Source: Lytechinus pictus (Eukaryota). From it: a stretch of 64,000 bases of DNA. The position numbers and the translations under genes were made by a program. The notes under the pieces are model-generated. The model saw only the letters and a program-made list of their open reading frames with translations, ran no database searches and had not been told where the DNA came from. Positions 50,063 through 64,000 of this stretch are shown piece by piece (position 1 is the first letter of the stretch; each line of letters begins with the position of its first letter). The stretch lies in NCBI RefSeq assembly GCF_037042905.1, contig NC_087251.1:15502001-15566000 (forward strand). The letters are read 5' to 3'.

Positions 50063-51697
50063 GAAATCATAGTTTTAATGTGTTTGTGTGTGTTTAGGTG
50101 TTGGCTGTAATGATATCTACAGTCATAATATACAATCATACAGAATTGCTAAATCAGTTAAAATTTTAGAAATTTTTGTGTAAGGCTTTCCAATAATAAT
50201 TCCTTCCTACGCATGAATTTATTTATTACAAGTATCCTCATATAGTTTTATATTGGGTTTAAAAAAAAGTTATGGCTCAGTATTATATACGGTAGGCCTA
50301 GTGATTTCCCAGCTCAGACTACAAATTTTGTCTATTTCATGTTCTAGGTTATTTGTGTGAAATGGTTTTCTGAAGAAAAGAGTTTATACATTATACATGC
50401 TATCTACAGTGCTCTTAATATTGAGACTACTGGAGAGCTGGGATGAATGAGGATCATAACTTCTAGCAGAGATCTCCAAACCAGAGTATGTGTTTATGGG
50501 GGGGGGGGGGGGTTACAGTTGTTAGAATTTTGTGCTAGAGTTATCTCAAGACCATAAGGTGATGAAAGGGTCTGTGTCTGGATACGAGTCTAGAAAGGAG
50601 TTAAGGTATCTTGGTATTTCTTTGATTGTGGTGCTATGGCAGGTAAAGAGGGCTTGTTTAGTTTAGATGATGCACAGTTAAAACCATTATGTGTGTTTAT
50701 GTTATAATGCTGCAATGTATGTCCATGTAATGTGCATGGCCCATAATGCAAGGTCAGTCAACTTCAGTCCATGATATTGATATCAAATTATTGTAATTTG
50801 TAATTACTTCATTTGAAATATTTGTTATTTACTCCTTGCATTTATCTTTTCTTTATCATCATCATTTATTTATCATCGACTTGCACCATGCTACATTTTT
50901 ACCAGTCATCACAGTGCATTGGTTGATTGGGCAGAGGGACCATTGTGGTTGCCGTGATTATTTTTATTCTCCATTTCCCTGGCCACCAACTTGGTGCACT
51001 TGGAAGACTGCTACTAAAAATGTGTGTACTCATAATCTCTGTCATTTTCATTTTATTATAGTATGATATTGTTATTTGTAGGTATGTGAGTGTATGCAGG
51101 TGTGGATCCAGCAGGATTAGACCCAATAGTTTTGAGAGGCCAACTATTGTGCAAAACAATATGGCCCCTGAAATGGTAATGTGTTCAACCAGGCTAGATC
51201 CACTTCTGAGTGTATGTATGTGATAAATATTATTTAATATTTAAATGCATGTTCCCATTGTATTCCTGTTATTTTATTGATGCAAACAGGGTGAACGCTT
51301 TCAATGTTACTTAATTGAACTATATTTCTAACTGCCTCACAGTTTGTCACCAATCATATACATGTACATTGTAACCTGTGTTTTATGGACCACAGCTTGA
51401 TGATCAAAGTATATTCCTGAATTTCATGAAATAGAACCAAAGTTTGTATATTCCTGTCAGTTGTTCTTAGCCAGTACATTGATATGTCAAGGTATATATC
51501 AAAGTTGACCTGAAATATGCAGAGAAGAAATTATACTGTTGTGATGTAGCGGCACATAGTTCTCAGTTATACTCAACTTTTCTTACATGAATGTGTTGCA
51601 TAATGTTTCTTCCTTTGTTCTTGTCTTATCCCCAAAAGTCAATATGATTTTTTAAAAACTATTATCATTTAACTATTTAACTATTATTTACTATTAT

Positions 51698-51920
51698 CCC
51701 AGCCATGGCGTAATTTCCTTCAGCAAGAAATTTATCCACATTGTGCTGCACTCAACCCAGGTGAGGTGAATGGGTACCCGGCAGGATTAATTCCTTGAAT
51801 GCACTGAGCGCTGGAAGGCAGCTCGAGCTAAAGCCGGGGTAATGATAATAAACAATGCGCCTCGGAATAGATTATTTCTAGATAGATGGCGCTATATAAA
51901 TGCCTATTATTAGTATTATC
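51698..51920 (+). mobile_element. 5'-truncated SINE (Meta/CORE-like central domain) in the TMEM229B 3' region
   Basis: GCAAGAAATTTATCCACATTGTGCTGCACTCAACCCAGGTG...AATGGGTACC core and GCGCTATATAAATGCCTATTATTA tail, typical of invertebrate SINEs. Confidence 0.7.
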
Positions 51921-54900
51921 ATTTTCATGTTGATCTGTCCGTAAAACTTACATTCAACAGTAAGGCTGGATCTAATGACACAGTTAAATGTTTTAAAAAA
52001 TCTTTGTAATAGAGAAAATGTATGATGCCCGCCACATACAGAATCACTTAACTGCGCCACATTAATTTCAAGGTGCAACCTTAAGAGGGGTTTTGCATGG
52101 ACTATGCTAATGCAGCTCACAATAGCCTTTGACCTTGTGTATGAACAATATCTAATTCATAGAATGTGACTTGAGTCGAACTTGGCAGTGTGCTGTATGT
52201 TACTCTAGTCGAACAAAGCGGACAAAGGAAAGTATGGTACATTCACCTATTGGCACTGTGTATGAAAAATTCTAAGATGAAGAATCTTAATGATTGGATG
52301 AGAGCCTGCTTAGTTTAGTGATTGATCATGGAACTGATTTTAACATTTGATCAATACACAATAATCAATTATGTATTATTCAATCATAGAAATCTACCCC
52401 ACTAGGCTACTATTGATCGCTAGGCTTTATGTTAAAGGTCCTTTGCATTTAGTATGCCTAGTTTTCCTGCCAGAAAACGTATTGAATTCAAGGAAAATAA
52501 TAGGCATTCTACATAGATTGGTGATCATTTGGTGAGCATTAAAGCTGGTTTACTATGTATGTGTACATTTCGATCCATGATTCTTGCTGAAGTTGAAGTT
52601 TTACATTATTTCTGTTCAACTTGACATTCACTGAAATAGATACTATGTTCTCAATATTAACAAAATCTGAATTAAAAAAACCCCACTTTTATTGTGCACT
52701 GAATTCCCACAGCTCCATTCTTCAGTATGGTATGGAGTAAAAGTGTTATTGTATGTTGGATAGTGCATACTCCTTGTTTGTTAGATTTTTTTTGCACAAA
52801 TGTTTCAGGGTACAATGCCATTAAGCTTTGGACTTCCCATTATGTTGAAGCAAGTTTATATTATGGTATACTGTTTTATTGATGTTGGTAACATTGAAAT
52901 GAAAGTCAGTGATGTAGCTTTTCCACTCGGCACCCAAACATAGTCAGGGGTGTGAGAGTTAAGATTTTTATCTGATTTCAGATTTTTTTTCCAGCTTAAT
53001 TTCAGCTTATTTTTGGCCTTCCTCTGTACAAAAAGTATGGGAGCTCTTTCTGTTTCAGACTTTTTCAACACTCTTCAGCTTTTTTCAGATCTTTTTATTT
53101 GTGACCACTCACACCCCTGCATAGCGTACAGGGTATAAAGCAATTCCTTCAACAGTTAAATAAGAAGTTTATTAATTCCATCCAAATATCAATTTATTAA
53201 TTACTTAGCACTTTTATACGTTGGTAGGAGTCCTCTAAGAACAGATTTGTAGATAATTTTTTTTGGGTGTCAACTCCTGTCTGTTTGTGTCAACTACTTT
53301 CTGTTTGCTGTTTATTTCATCTTATTTTGCACAATTGCTTCAGCACAAATTATTTGAATATTTACACAATGTAGTTTGTACAGTAGTGTATTCTGGTATT
53401 ACCTTAGTTTTATGGATACATCAATATACTTTGATTTGTATTGTTTATGGTTGAATTACCGGTAAGCCTTGGTAGAGCACTTATATCCTTTGATACAAAT
53501 TTCCAAACAGGTGTAGTTACGGGTAGCTGTGATGTATTTGACAATCTTTACTTGCATTTCTATGATAAATTAGAAGCATTTAATTCTATGTTGTGTACAT
53601 GTATGTAATTATTTTAATTATGTTTTGACAATTTTCATCAATATTGTACACATGTCTGTGTAATCTTTTAGCAAGTTTTTTTTATAGATACTTTAATATT
53701 TCTTTTTTTTAAACAAGTAAAGAATGTGGATTTGCAATATACAAGGTTATAAGTTAAGAGTGGAATTAAAAATGCAAATGTAGGTTTTGTGAAGCTGTGG
53801 TCATGCATGAATACAGTGATATAGTTGAGTGGCCCCCAGGAAAAAATGGAAATGAACGGAAAATATTTTCTTGAATGTTGTGGGAAATGAAATCGGTAGC
53901 TTGGTTGATGATTCTGGGGAATACTTTCTTGCAAATGATATTGACACAATATTATTATTATCCAATTTTAAATACTTTTCCTGTTCTTACTGTTAATATG
54001 TTTTTACAAAGTAATGCACCTTGCTTGGACCAGGCTAATTTTGCCTGAATGTGTACATGCTGTGCATACTGTGCATAATCTTCATAAAATAATTTGTTTA
54101 GTCTATGGATTTAGTGATATGAATATTCTCTCCCTAAGTATGTTAGATTAGACACTGATTTAAAATTCCATAGATTTGAATGACAGCACTGGAGCATTAC
54201 CAAATACAATGTACCACCTCCCAGTAAAGAGGATTAATATGTGCACATCTCCATTATTTCGAATATTATCTTCTTCCCATTTCTTGCATTATTGCAGCTT
54301 CTGTTAGTGCATTCATGTTCTCAAAGCCTTGTCTGAAGCTCGAGTGAAGGATTACATTAGACTACCATTCTAACATTCCGGTCTTCACTAGTGTACTGAG
54401 CATTATATCCATTTTATTTGATTGATTCCTTTGTACGATTTTAATATGGCTGTTTACCAGATTTATTGCTCTCTCTCTCATGGTGATGCTATCATCTTTA
54501 TTTTTTAAAGGGCCTCCAAAAACTTAAACTTATTAATTATAAATTCAGTTACATATCTGAAAAGCAATATACAAATGACATATCTTGTATCTTGTGTTTT
54601 GATTATATATATATTCAAATAAAGAGAAAAAGTACTTAAGTTGATAACCTTACCCCTTTGAATTTTGATATGTTGACTATAAAATTCACCACTGAATATT
54701 CAATGCGATATTGCACCTTTCATACTGTTTATCTTACATTATGTTTAAACTCTGGGAATAAACAATCATTACATTAACCAAAACTTAATACAGGCTTTAA
54801 CATTCGTTTACCACTTGATTCAGGGTCACCCTTCATTATAGTCCCTCCTAGAACTGCTACTCTCCTTTAAAAGAGGCTTTGGTGCCTTGTGACAACTTTA

Positions 54901-56180
54901 AATAGCCACTCGTTTTCAGATTTATACGAAAATGTTTGCTGCTGATTTGTATGTTTAAAAAAAATGTATGTGCAATGGAAACTTGGGTTTGCAAAGGCTG
55001 TTGTTTGACTGTTAAAATTTCCTTGTAGCAGGAACTATTTGAAATTTTGACACCAAGTTTGGAAAAAACCCAAACAACAGCCGAAGAGTGTGCAGAGCTG
55101 CACAGGTATATATCAGTGGTGGATACAGGATTTTGAAATAGAGGTGATGGAAAGTAAAGACCTGAAATAGCAAATGTAAAAATAGACTGAGTGCAGATGA
55201 CAATTGTATGTGGAGTTTATTAGATTGAATCTTAATGTGTATGTTCAATGGGTGATTCAGAAAAAGAAATACATAGGGGGCATGTGCTCTTTACGCCCCC
55301 GCCTGGATCTGCCACTGTAAATGAACCTTGCAGGTCTTTAAATGCCAAGTTTCTGTGAATAGAAGGATATGATAATAGAATGATGCAATACCTGTTCAGA
55401 TAGACAGAGCAATACTGAAGAGTAAATAAAATGATTGTAACATAATACTTTCAAATGGTTATATTGAATACCAGCTAATAAAAAATGATTTTATCAATAT
55501 TCATTTTTAAATTGCATTGATTGAATTGTAGTGTGAAATAATTATGTATATTCTTCTGCAAGTTGACAAACTTTCATCATTTTAAGATATAAATAAATAA
55601 TATAGAATGGTTTATTGCTATATGTTGTTGGGAGATGATTGAAAGTGAATTGTGAATTAACAATTCAATGTGAAGGAAGTTGGGTTACATATGTTAAGAA
55701 AAATAAGAGGAAGTATGACAAGAGAGGGAGAGAGAGATAATGAGGGGGAAGAGGGAGGGGAGAGAGATCTTGAAAGTGAGTATAAAGAAGGGATTACTAG
55801 TAGTGGAAGAGATTGAAAGAGAGAAAGATAGAATGAGGTAATCTGTTGAAAACTGTATAGCTAAAGCAATTTATAGTGGATATTCATGATATCATCACAT
55901 TCTACTGGCATACAGGACTGAAGCCCGTCCCAATTTCACGAAAAACAAATCAAAATAGAAAATTACAATATTTTATCAAATTTCATTTTATTAATCATTA
56001 AAACAGAATGTTTGGTCCTTTCATTGGTTTTGTTACTGGTATCCTCTGCTTTGTTAAGGAGAGAACAAATCAAACACCACTTTAATTCATTATCAAATTA
56101 TGCTTAATATATTCTCAAACCTTTAGTTATTTACCCCATTTTTTTACTGGCAAATTTTCAGAAATTGTAGACTTGATCTA

Positions 56181-56817
56181 CCATGTGAGTAAAAAAAAAA
56201 ACTTAACACCTCACAAATCCCAAATTTAAGGAAAAAATGTCATGAACACATAATTATTATATATGGCCTGAAAGAGTAAGTTCTCCCAAATAATTTGATA
56301 CCATATTTATGTGGTATTTGTTTAACACATGGATGATCAGGAGGTATTCTATGCAGTGATGTAAATTTTGATTTGCGCCAAAATATGGCATGACTGCAAT
56401 GAATTAATCCAGAGGTCGATGCTGTCATAATCCTACAAGAGTTGCATTAAAATCCATTTCAAAACACCTTTACAATAATTTACATTTAATTTGTTTAATA
56501 AACACTTTAAGTATCAATTCTCAAGTTAATTTCATTGAAAAGGGATTTCAAAACATGTTTACTAACTCATGTAGGATTATGACATTGGCAACTGGATTCA
56601 TTCATTGCAGTCATGCTTTACTTTGGTGCAAACCAAAATTTACATCACTGCATAGAATACCTCTTGATCTAAGCGTAAAGACATACCACATAAATAGGAA
56701 TCAAATTATTTCGGAGAAGATACTTCTTACAGCCATATATAATGATTACGCATTAATGACATTTTTTTTCATTAAATTGAACATTTATGAGGTGTCAATT
56801 TTTTTTTACTCGCACGG
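56181..56817. mobile_element. TA-flanked fold-back MITE with ~260-bp inverted arms
   Basis: TA|CCATGTGAGTAAAAAAA ... TTTTTTTACTCGCACGG|TA. The arms include GAGGTATTCTATGCAGTGATGTAAATTTTG / CAAAATTTACATCACTGCATAGAATACCTC. Confidence 0.85.
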
Positions 56818-57499
56818 TATACTTCACCCATCCCCAAACTTTTTTTATTACTTTTTACACGACACACATCCTATGAAAGGAGCATCAATTCTTTGAAGAG
56901 GACCCTTGCAAAAAAATATTTAATATTATTTGTGTGTTAGGCCTGATGTCCAACAGCACCTTAATAAGCCAGTTCGTAGTTCCTTTCTGCGCATGATCAA
57001 AAGATTCTACGCATGATCAGAGGAAGGTCATTTGTACTAACGTGACATGGTGGTTTAAAATCTAATGAGATAAGCACCAACTTTGATGTCTTGATTATTC
57101 ATATATTCTTTTGAATAGTGGTTTTCATTTACATCCACAAAAAACAAGGCGTCCACGAACGACTGGCATTTCACAGTTTGCCAAGTACATTGTGCAACAT
57201 GCTATGATATGCATTCAAAGTAGGAATGCAACAAATACCTTCATAAAGTGTTCATTGGTGTGCTATTTTAGTCACCTGGTCTATTCAATTTCTTCATCCT
57301 GGTATGTAAGGCAAGCTTACGTAATATCTTGCTTTGAAATCTGCCTATCATAATGAAAGAAATGAAAGGTCATTTGACTAAAATTGTCCATGAGTAACTC
57401 CGAACTGGTCTATTATGTCACACTGGAATTAGAGGTATTCAAAAATTAACTTACAAATTGTAGGGTCTAATCACAAATTGCATTTCCATTGTTAGTTAT

Positions 57500-57720
57500 G
57501 ATCACCTCCATCATCATCACAATCCTCCTCATCATCATTGCTATCATTATTATTATCATCTCTTCATCATCACAATTATGATCATCACCATCACCTTCAT
57601 TATCATCATCATCATCATCAATCATCGTCATCAACATCATCACCTCCACCAACCTTATCATCAACTCTTACATTCAATACCAGAGAGAGTGTATTCAACA
57701 TCACCAGTCATCATCACTAC
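57500..57720. repeat. Degenerate (CAT)n microsatellite; a second one lies at 63858-64000
   Basis: Direct reading. Confidence 0.9.
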
Positions 57721-60700
57721 CAACTCAGCTGTCATATTCAATACCAAAGACAATGTATCATTCATTCTCAACACCCATCATCACCTGTACCTATCAAATC
57801 CCTAAAACAAAACATTTAAATTAATTTTCAATCTTATTCACATAAAAACAACATCAATAACAATAGTTAAATGCCAAAAATATTAATGTTTTCAATTGAT
57901 CTGTATTTTTCATCATAATAATAAGCACACGAGTGACACACAACTGATTGAAAATGAAAATCATAAAATTAGATTACAATTAACAACTAAATCTAAATTG
58001 TACAATAATCAACAACAAAAAAAAAAAAAAAAAATATTACATTCATAATAGCACCTTGCCCTGATAAATAAATAAGAAATACTGTAAAATACAATCAAAT
58101 TTATATGGCAAACATATAACATACTCACTCTCTAAGTAACTTCTAATCACAAACATAATCTAAATGAGATTCAGAAATACATTTTAATGGCTTCTGAGTT
58201 TAGAACTCTTTTTATTATAAATAAATTCATCTCAATTTAAATACAAAAACGTCTGGAAGTTGCTTCTTTTTTGCAATCTTCAGATAAAATCAAAACCAAT
58301 TGCAAAATTACAGTCACTTCCCTAACACTATATACAAGTACCGTAATGTCAACAAATTGAGATCAAAACAAAGACAAATAATCTGTACAAATGGAATGTT
58401 TTTAATAAATAAGGGATAAAGTATTTTACAGGACTTGACATGCAGTTTATATCTTAATGAGTTGGCAGTTTCTGTCTGAGAATATGAATCAACCCTAATT
58501 TGCCTATATGAAAATGAAATGTCCCTTCATCAATCCTGTACAAATTACACAATTTGGAGTTCAACAGATTAAGGTTTGAATTAATATGTTTGAAGCAAAA
58601 ATTGATTGTAAGTAAATGGACGGAATTATTACAATGATAAATTAATGGCATAATTGATGTATATATATTTTGAATACTTCATGATTTATATCTATTATTC
58701 ACTTTTTTTTTTCATGATTCAATTTACAAACCGAATTCATTTTAAATTGCAGGTAAATATATGGAGGAATTAACGATAAAAAAGTGAATTAATTCTGTGG
58801 TAAAATGTTCAATCTTTTTGTTTTACCTAGAAAAATATATTGTTTAATACAAATACTTGGTCTCTTTTCAAGACTTGTGTGAGTTTCAAAGGACTAGGCG
58901 AATGTAAGAAATCTTTTAGATATCGATTGTTAAACATAAAATTAAAGAAACTTTTTACATAAGAAATTAAAATCCATCAAATCAAATTATTTTAGATCAA
59001 AGTTTAGATAGTTTAGTGCAGAAAATGTTATTTTGAATGAAGCAAAGTTAATCAATCAAAGCTGATATCAATTAATTCTTCGCATTTTTGTTTCATTAGT
59101 AGAAGCTTTCATGATAACTGTCACTTTAATCTCAGGATTTACATGTAGGTCTTCAAAAATGAAAAGCCATCATTAATGATATTACGAATGATTCATCAAG
59201 AAACCGAGCATCATGGACTCAATTTAAGATTCAACAATTAAATAATAGTTCATATTCAGAATCTTACATCATCACAATTAATTACAGTAGATTCTACATA
59301 CTGTCAAAACAAGCATTACAGCAAAGAGTATAAAACTTTTTTTTTTTCATAAATAAATCAAAAGCATCAACAGAGTGTAGAAAATGGATACAATGAGCTG
59401 ATCATCTTTATTACACACATTGAAAAGAAATTATCAATTCTACGTTTCTTACAGTTCATTTTACATCTCAGCTGCCATTGTCAAGGTGATTGTAAGAGGT
59501 TGTTCTGTAATTCATCAATGTTTTTATTTTCTATAGTACAATAACTTTCAGATAAATAAGCAACAAATTATTGTGCCATAAAAATGTCTTGTTATAATGT
59601 CATCTTCATGCATAATCATCAACCTCTCTCTCTTTTTTAATCTTCATGATTTTTTTTTCACTCAACTTTGTCAACCCAAACAAAGCCTAAAAAACCCAAT
59701 ATATGTACTTCCCATTGCAATCAAACATAGGCTCCTGCTAAAATATATTAATTTCATTTGAACTTCCTTGTAATCTACTTTTCATATAAAAAGAAAAATC
59801 AATTAAAATTTTGCGCTCACATGATGGAAGCTTAGAATTTGTTCTGATATTGCATTTTTAGTTCAGCTGATTTCAAATATTGTACTATGTCATTCTATAA
59901 AGATAAATGCTAAATGGAAACTTGATAACAAACAAGCATGGCTAGCTTCTATAGACTGGATAGACTGGATCTAGCTGTGTCTATGTTTTGTTTCCCTTTC
60001 ATTTCATATGTTACGGTGTCTTGAAAAGATGTGGTCCATAGTAAGTACTATTTCCTTCACAAAATTTCACTATTGAAAGTTTTACATGATTATCCAATAC
60101 TATTATTTTCATTAGAACCTAACTACCTAAAAAGTGTCTTTATTCGATGATTTAAAGTCTGAATCTATTAATTAATGCTAGCTACCTACCACTATAAGTA
60201 ATGGTAAATTAAACAATCAAGGTGTTTCCATCATTTTGCTTAAGAGAACTTGGTAATAAAGATGAACAATAATATAACTGAAATCACTAAGTAATGAATT
60301 AAATCATGATTTTTCATTAAGTCATTGATATCTATTAAGTCATGACCATTTATTAACTCATGACTATTCATTAAAATAATAATTACATTCAATGACATTT
60401 AATTGAATATTCATTATTAAACAATATGGCCATCTCAACTTAAAGGAACAACAATAAAACATGCTATTTTTACAGTTATATGTAATTAAATATTGGTTTT
60501 CTGAAGTTCAGGGCCTGGTTGCATAAAATGTAGTATAACAGTACATTTGCCATCCAATGGTAGATTTAAATGAATCCATGAGTTTGATGGGCTATTAAGC
60601 TTTCTTACCATGGTAGTTACGATTGAATGGCAAAGATGCCACGATAGTTACTTTATAAATTAGGGCCCAAAACTCTGCAGGAGTGGGAGGAATGAATGAA

Positions 60701-61539
60701 GGATAGAGTTGACTAGAGAAAGAGAGATAGAGAACTGAAGGGTCTCAAGATAGATGCCTTAATCATTTTTTTATGATGATATAGCACTAAAACAGATATG
60801 TTTTTCCATGACAAATTACAAACAATTCTCACCAGAAAAAAGAAGTGATGCTGTATTCTTCTGGCAACAGGGATTTTGAAAACATTGTATTGCTCTGGTG
60901 ATTAAGTAGAGTTTATGCCTAAATGCAACTTAAAGTAATTATACAGCAGGTTGACTGAAAGGTAGTTTTCAAGCAGAATGGTTAAACTCCAGTTATTGTG
61001 AAGTATTTTCATATAATAATAATTCATATTCTTTTCAATTTGAAGGCACCACTGGTGATTGATTTACATATATAAAAAAAGTGTCAATCCATTGCCTATT
61101 GAAACTGTATTACAGAATTCTGTAGGAAACAGGTTAATATTCTGGGGATTCATATGTATGTAACTTGAAGTTTGTATGTTGTTACACATGTAAGTGAGGT
61201 GGGAGCATCACATCTTCAATATCTACATCAAAATGATCAGTTCTGACAAAGAGACAATTGATCATGTAATATCAGAGTTAACTATGAATGGGGAATTCCT
61301 GCAATGGTTCAGCTGGAGATCACTCTAAATATTGATCTTTATAAGATGAATGCCAGAACAATGTTCTATGTCTCGATATGCAGTTGTCAACATTTTCTCA
61401 AATGGCTTCAAAGTCAAACAACCAATCTAGGTTCCATAACGCTAAGGTTCATGATCAATAGCTTAATAGCAATTGCCAATCAAGATCATTGTTGCATATG
61501 CATTTTGTTGACTGATCAGAAATCAATCAGTGCCATTCT

Positions 61540-62164
61540 TTCATGTGTGATATCAATCACGAACCTTAAGGGAACCCTAGGTGGAATTTCTGGTTGAACA
61601 TAGGCAGCCTACTTCTCAGAACATTGATAAAATTTTGTTAAAGATTACCCTGAAAGTTAATCAGTAGCAGTTCAATCACAGACTGAATATCAACTTCAGT
61701 TTGCATAGGGTGAATGCTGCATCCAGCAACAGAGGAATCTGCTTGAATGGGGCTTGTATCAAGCATGTACAAGCTAGATGAAATTCTCCAGATCAGCTAT
61801 GCATGTCAGCAGCCTGTTGCTCAAGGTATTCGTAAGCTTTGGTTGAAGATCACCATCAAGGTTGATCTGGGTCATCTAGAAGAGCTCCATGTCTTTGATC
61901 TGCAGGTGGATGCTGCATCTGATTTGGAAGTCCTCTGCTCTGAATGTTCCTGGAGTCAAACGTCACCAATCTGGACAACGTTCCTTGAATCTGCTGTGCA
62001 CGTTGGCAGCCTGCTGCTCAAGGCATTGATGAGTTTTGGTTGTAGGAAACCACCAAGGTTTATCTGTTGGAGGTGTTTCTTTGAGCAGTGCTTCATGTCT
62101 TTGATCTGCAGAAGGTGGATGCTGCATCTGATTTGTAAGTCCTCTGCTCTGAATGGTACTGGAG
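61540..62164 (-). repeat. Decaying tandem copies (about 200-210 bp) of the last-exon 3' end of the START gene, in its 3' region
   Basis: The anchor ATGCTGCATC recurs at about 62329, 62119, 61910 and 61715. The stop-codon context recurs 209 bp downstream (62165 vs 61956). Confidence 0.85.
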
Positions 62165-63599
62165 TCAAACATCACCAATCTGAACAACGTTCCTCAGATC
62201 TGCTATGCACATCGGCAGTCTGCTGCTCAGAGCATTGATAAGCTTTGGTTGAAGATCACCATGAAGGTTGACCTGAGAGAGGTGGGTGACACGGCAGTGC
62301 TCCATGTCTCCAGTTTGCAGAGGTTGGATGCTGCATCCTGCCAGGAGTACCTCTGCCCGGATGGTCTTTTTCTTGGGAGGGATCCTCGGGTGCTTAATGG
62401 ATGTGGCAACCACCAGGAAACGATCATCCTGTCAAGGCAAGTAAAGACGCATCAATAATCAGACTTGAATAAAAATTTTCAAACAAAAATCTTTATTTCT
62501 CTTACCCTTGCATTCAGTGGAAATCAATACTAAATCAAATGTTACAGAACAAATTCATGTCACCCACTATAACACATAAAATCAAAAGCTTGTAAATCAT
62601 GATGCTAATCCCAAGTAACATGGAACAGAGCCCTATTTCAATTGGACAACAAAAACAATTAAAATTTTACAATGATTAGAATTCTGTTTGATTATATCTA
62701 AATTGCATAATTTTAAATGATAAACATACCATTTCTAATGTCTTGATGACACACAGACAGTCTCTTGGATGTTGAAGTAGACATTGATCAGTCTTGAATA
62801 CCATGTATACAACCTGAAGATCACTCCCAAAATCTTTCTTTATTTTGACTTCCTAAAGAACATAAGACAGAAGAAATATAATACACAAAGTCAGTTTGGA
62901 AAATGAGTAACATACCCAGGTGGTACTCGCTAAATCTCAGACTACTTCAATAGGCAAAATGATACTGTATCTAAGTTAAGGTTTGCAAGGCTCGTTGTTG
63001 TTCATGAAGAGTAACTGCCATTTTATTTTGATAACTACATTTACCATCAATAGCAACACCTATGTCGACTAAACAGCAACCTAAAATTTATGAAATATAT
63101 TAGCAAGTTAACAATCATTGTAATGTCCATGGGAGCCTATGAATGCAAGTCAGGCTGAAATAAGATGTACTGAGGTATTTGTTCATAATTCATTGACTGT
63201 CCAATGCACCAGTAATGGCCAGGTGGTAGAGTCGCTGACCGGCAATTAATAGATGACAGCTAGTTCAAAGCCTGCTGGCTCTAAGATTTTTACCCAACTT
63301 ATTTTTAAGAGAGGACGAGCAATCCAGAAAAGTCATTACTTTATTCAAACTTCCCCAGTAAGCCTTTAACATTCAATATTACATAATCTAAACCATAAAA
63401 ACACAGTACCATCTCCCATTGTCCTTTAGTTACCTTGAGCATAGGGTCATAGAGCTGTCTGCACATTGGGTTCTTGATGTAGTTGAAGACTGTTCTTGCA
63501 GGGGCTTTAATGTTACCAATACCTATATAACTGTTGATGGGACTATTGGGTGAGTGAGTCTTGCAAAGTAGTAGAACATCTCGTTCTCTTCCTTCATGC
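62165..63599 (-). CDS. STARD9: C-terminal START domain of a STARD9-like protein (last three coding exons; gene continues beyond the window)
   Basis: Exons 63599-63434, 62852-62730, 62428-62165 join in phase: ...SYIGIGNIKAPARTVFNYIKNPMCRQLYDPMLKEVKI...VVYMVFKTDQCLLQHPRDCLCV...IRAEVLLAGCSIQP...RVTHLSQVNLHGDLQPKLIN...*. The START pattern and C-x-L-x-x-PRD-x-x-CV are most like STARD9 as recalled. Orthology is less sure than the domain call. Confidence 0.8.
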
Positions 63600-64000
63600 C
63601 TAGGGTAGAAGGTCAATCAAATGATGTATTAGATACAAAGTGTAATATTGAAAGATAAAAATTAAAATTAACTGTATCCCCATGAGTCATGATAAATAAT
63701 CTGATTTTTAAAAATTGGTATCAAGATAAATGTATCATAATGAATGAAACACTTTTCTTTTTGTATTTGGTACAAATTTGGAAAGAACAGTCATCAAATC
63801 ACGAATGCTGCTACAACTAATATCAGGTAACAAAGAGTGAATGCTCATTTAATACTAATCATCATTACTATCACCATCATCATCATCATCATCATCCTCA
63901 TCCTCATCATCCTCATCATCATCACTATCATAATCATGCTCATCACCATCATCATCAACATCATCATCACCATTATCTTCACCATCACCATCCTCATCAT

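Noticed and set aside
61956..62168. Stop-codon readthrough into the duplicated START segment
   Set aside because: The period is 209 nt, not a multiple of three, so simple readthrough is out of frame.

Overview
This is AT-rich, intron-rich animal DNA. The gene and repeat content suggests an invertebrate deuterostome, most likely a sea urchin (inference). Protein-coding content: (1) a complete 9-exon BRMS1/BRMS1L gene (Sds3 family, Sin3-HDAC) on the minus strand (318 aa) with a clear AT-AC minor-spliceosome intron; (2) a 5-coding-exon minus-strand gene for an unrecognised 320-aa type III single-pass membrane protein built like a transmembrane signalling adaptor; (3) TMEM229B on the plus strand (single coding exon, 167 aa); (4) the last three exons of a STARD9-like START-domain gene on the minus strand, followed by decaying tandem copies of its own last-exon end. 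The standout element is a ~345-nt Pol III-type gene at 1741-2085. It has the 5'/3' closing helix, an internal conserved hairpin, the terminal AUGUG hairpin and the oligo-U end of 7SK snRNA, but the canonical GAUC/GAUC HEXIM-binding helix is replaced by GACC/GGUC. The rest is repeats: a decayed CR1/L2-type LINE with nested insertions, tRNA-derived SINEs, many MITEs, a Helentron-like element, a 40-bp minisatellite, and many TA-NNNN-TA palindromes that look like transposon excision scars. All coordinates were read by eye and no database searches were run. Comparisons with human sequences are from memory.
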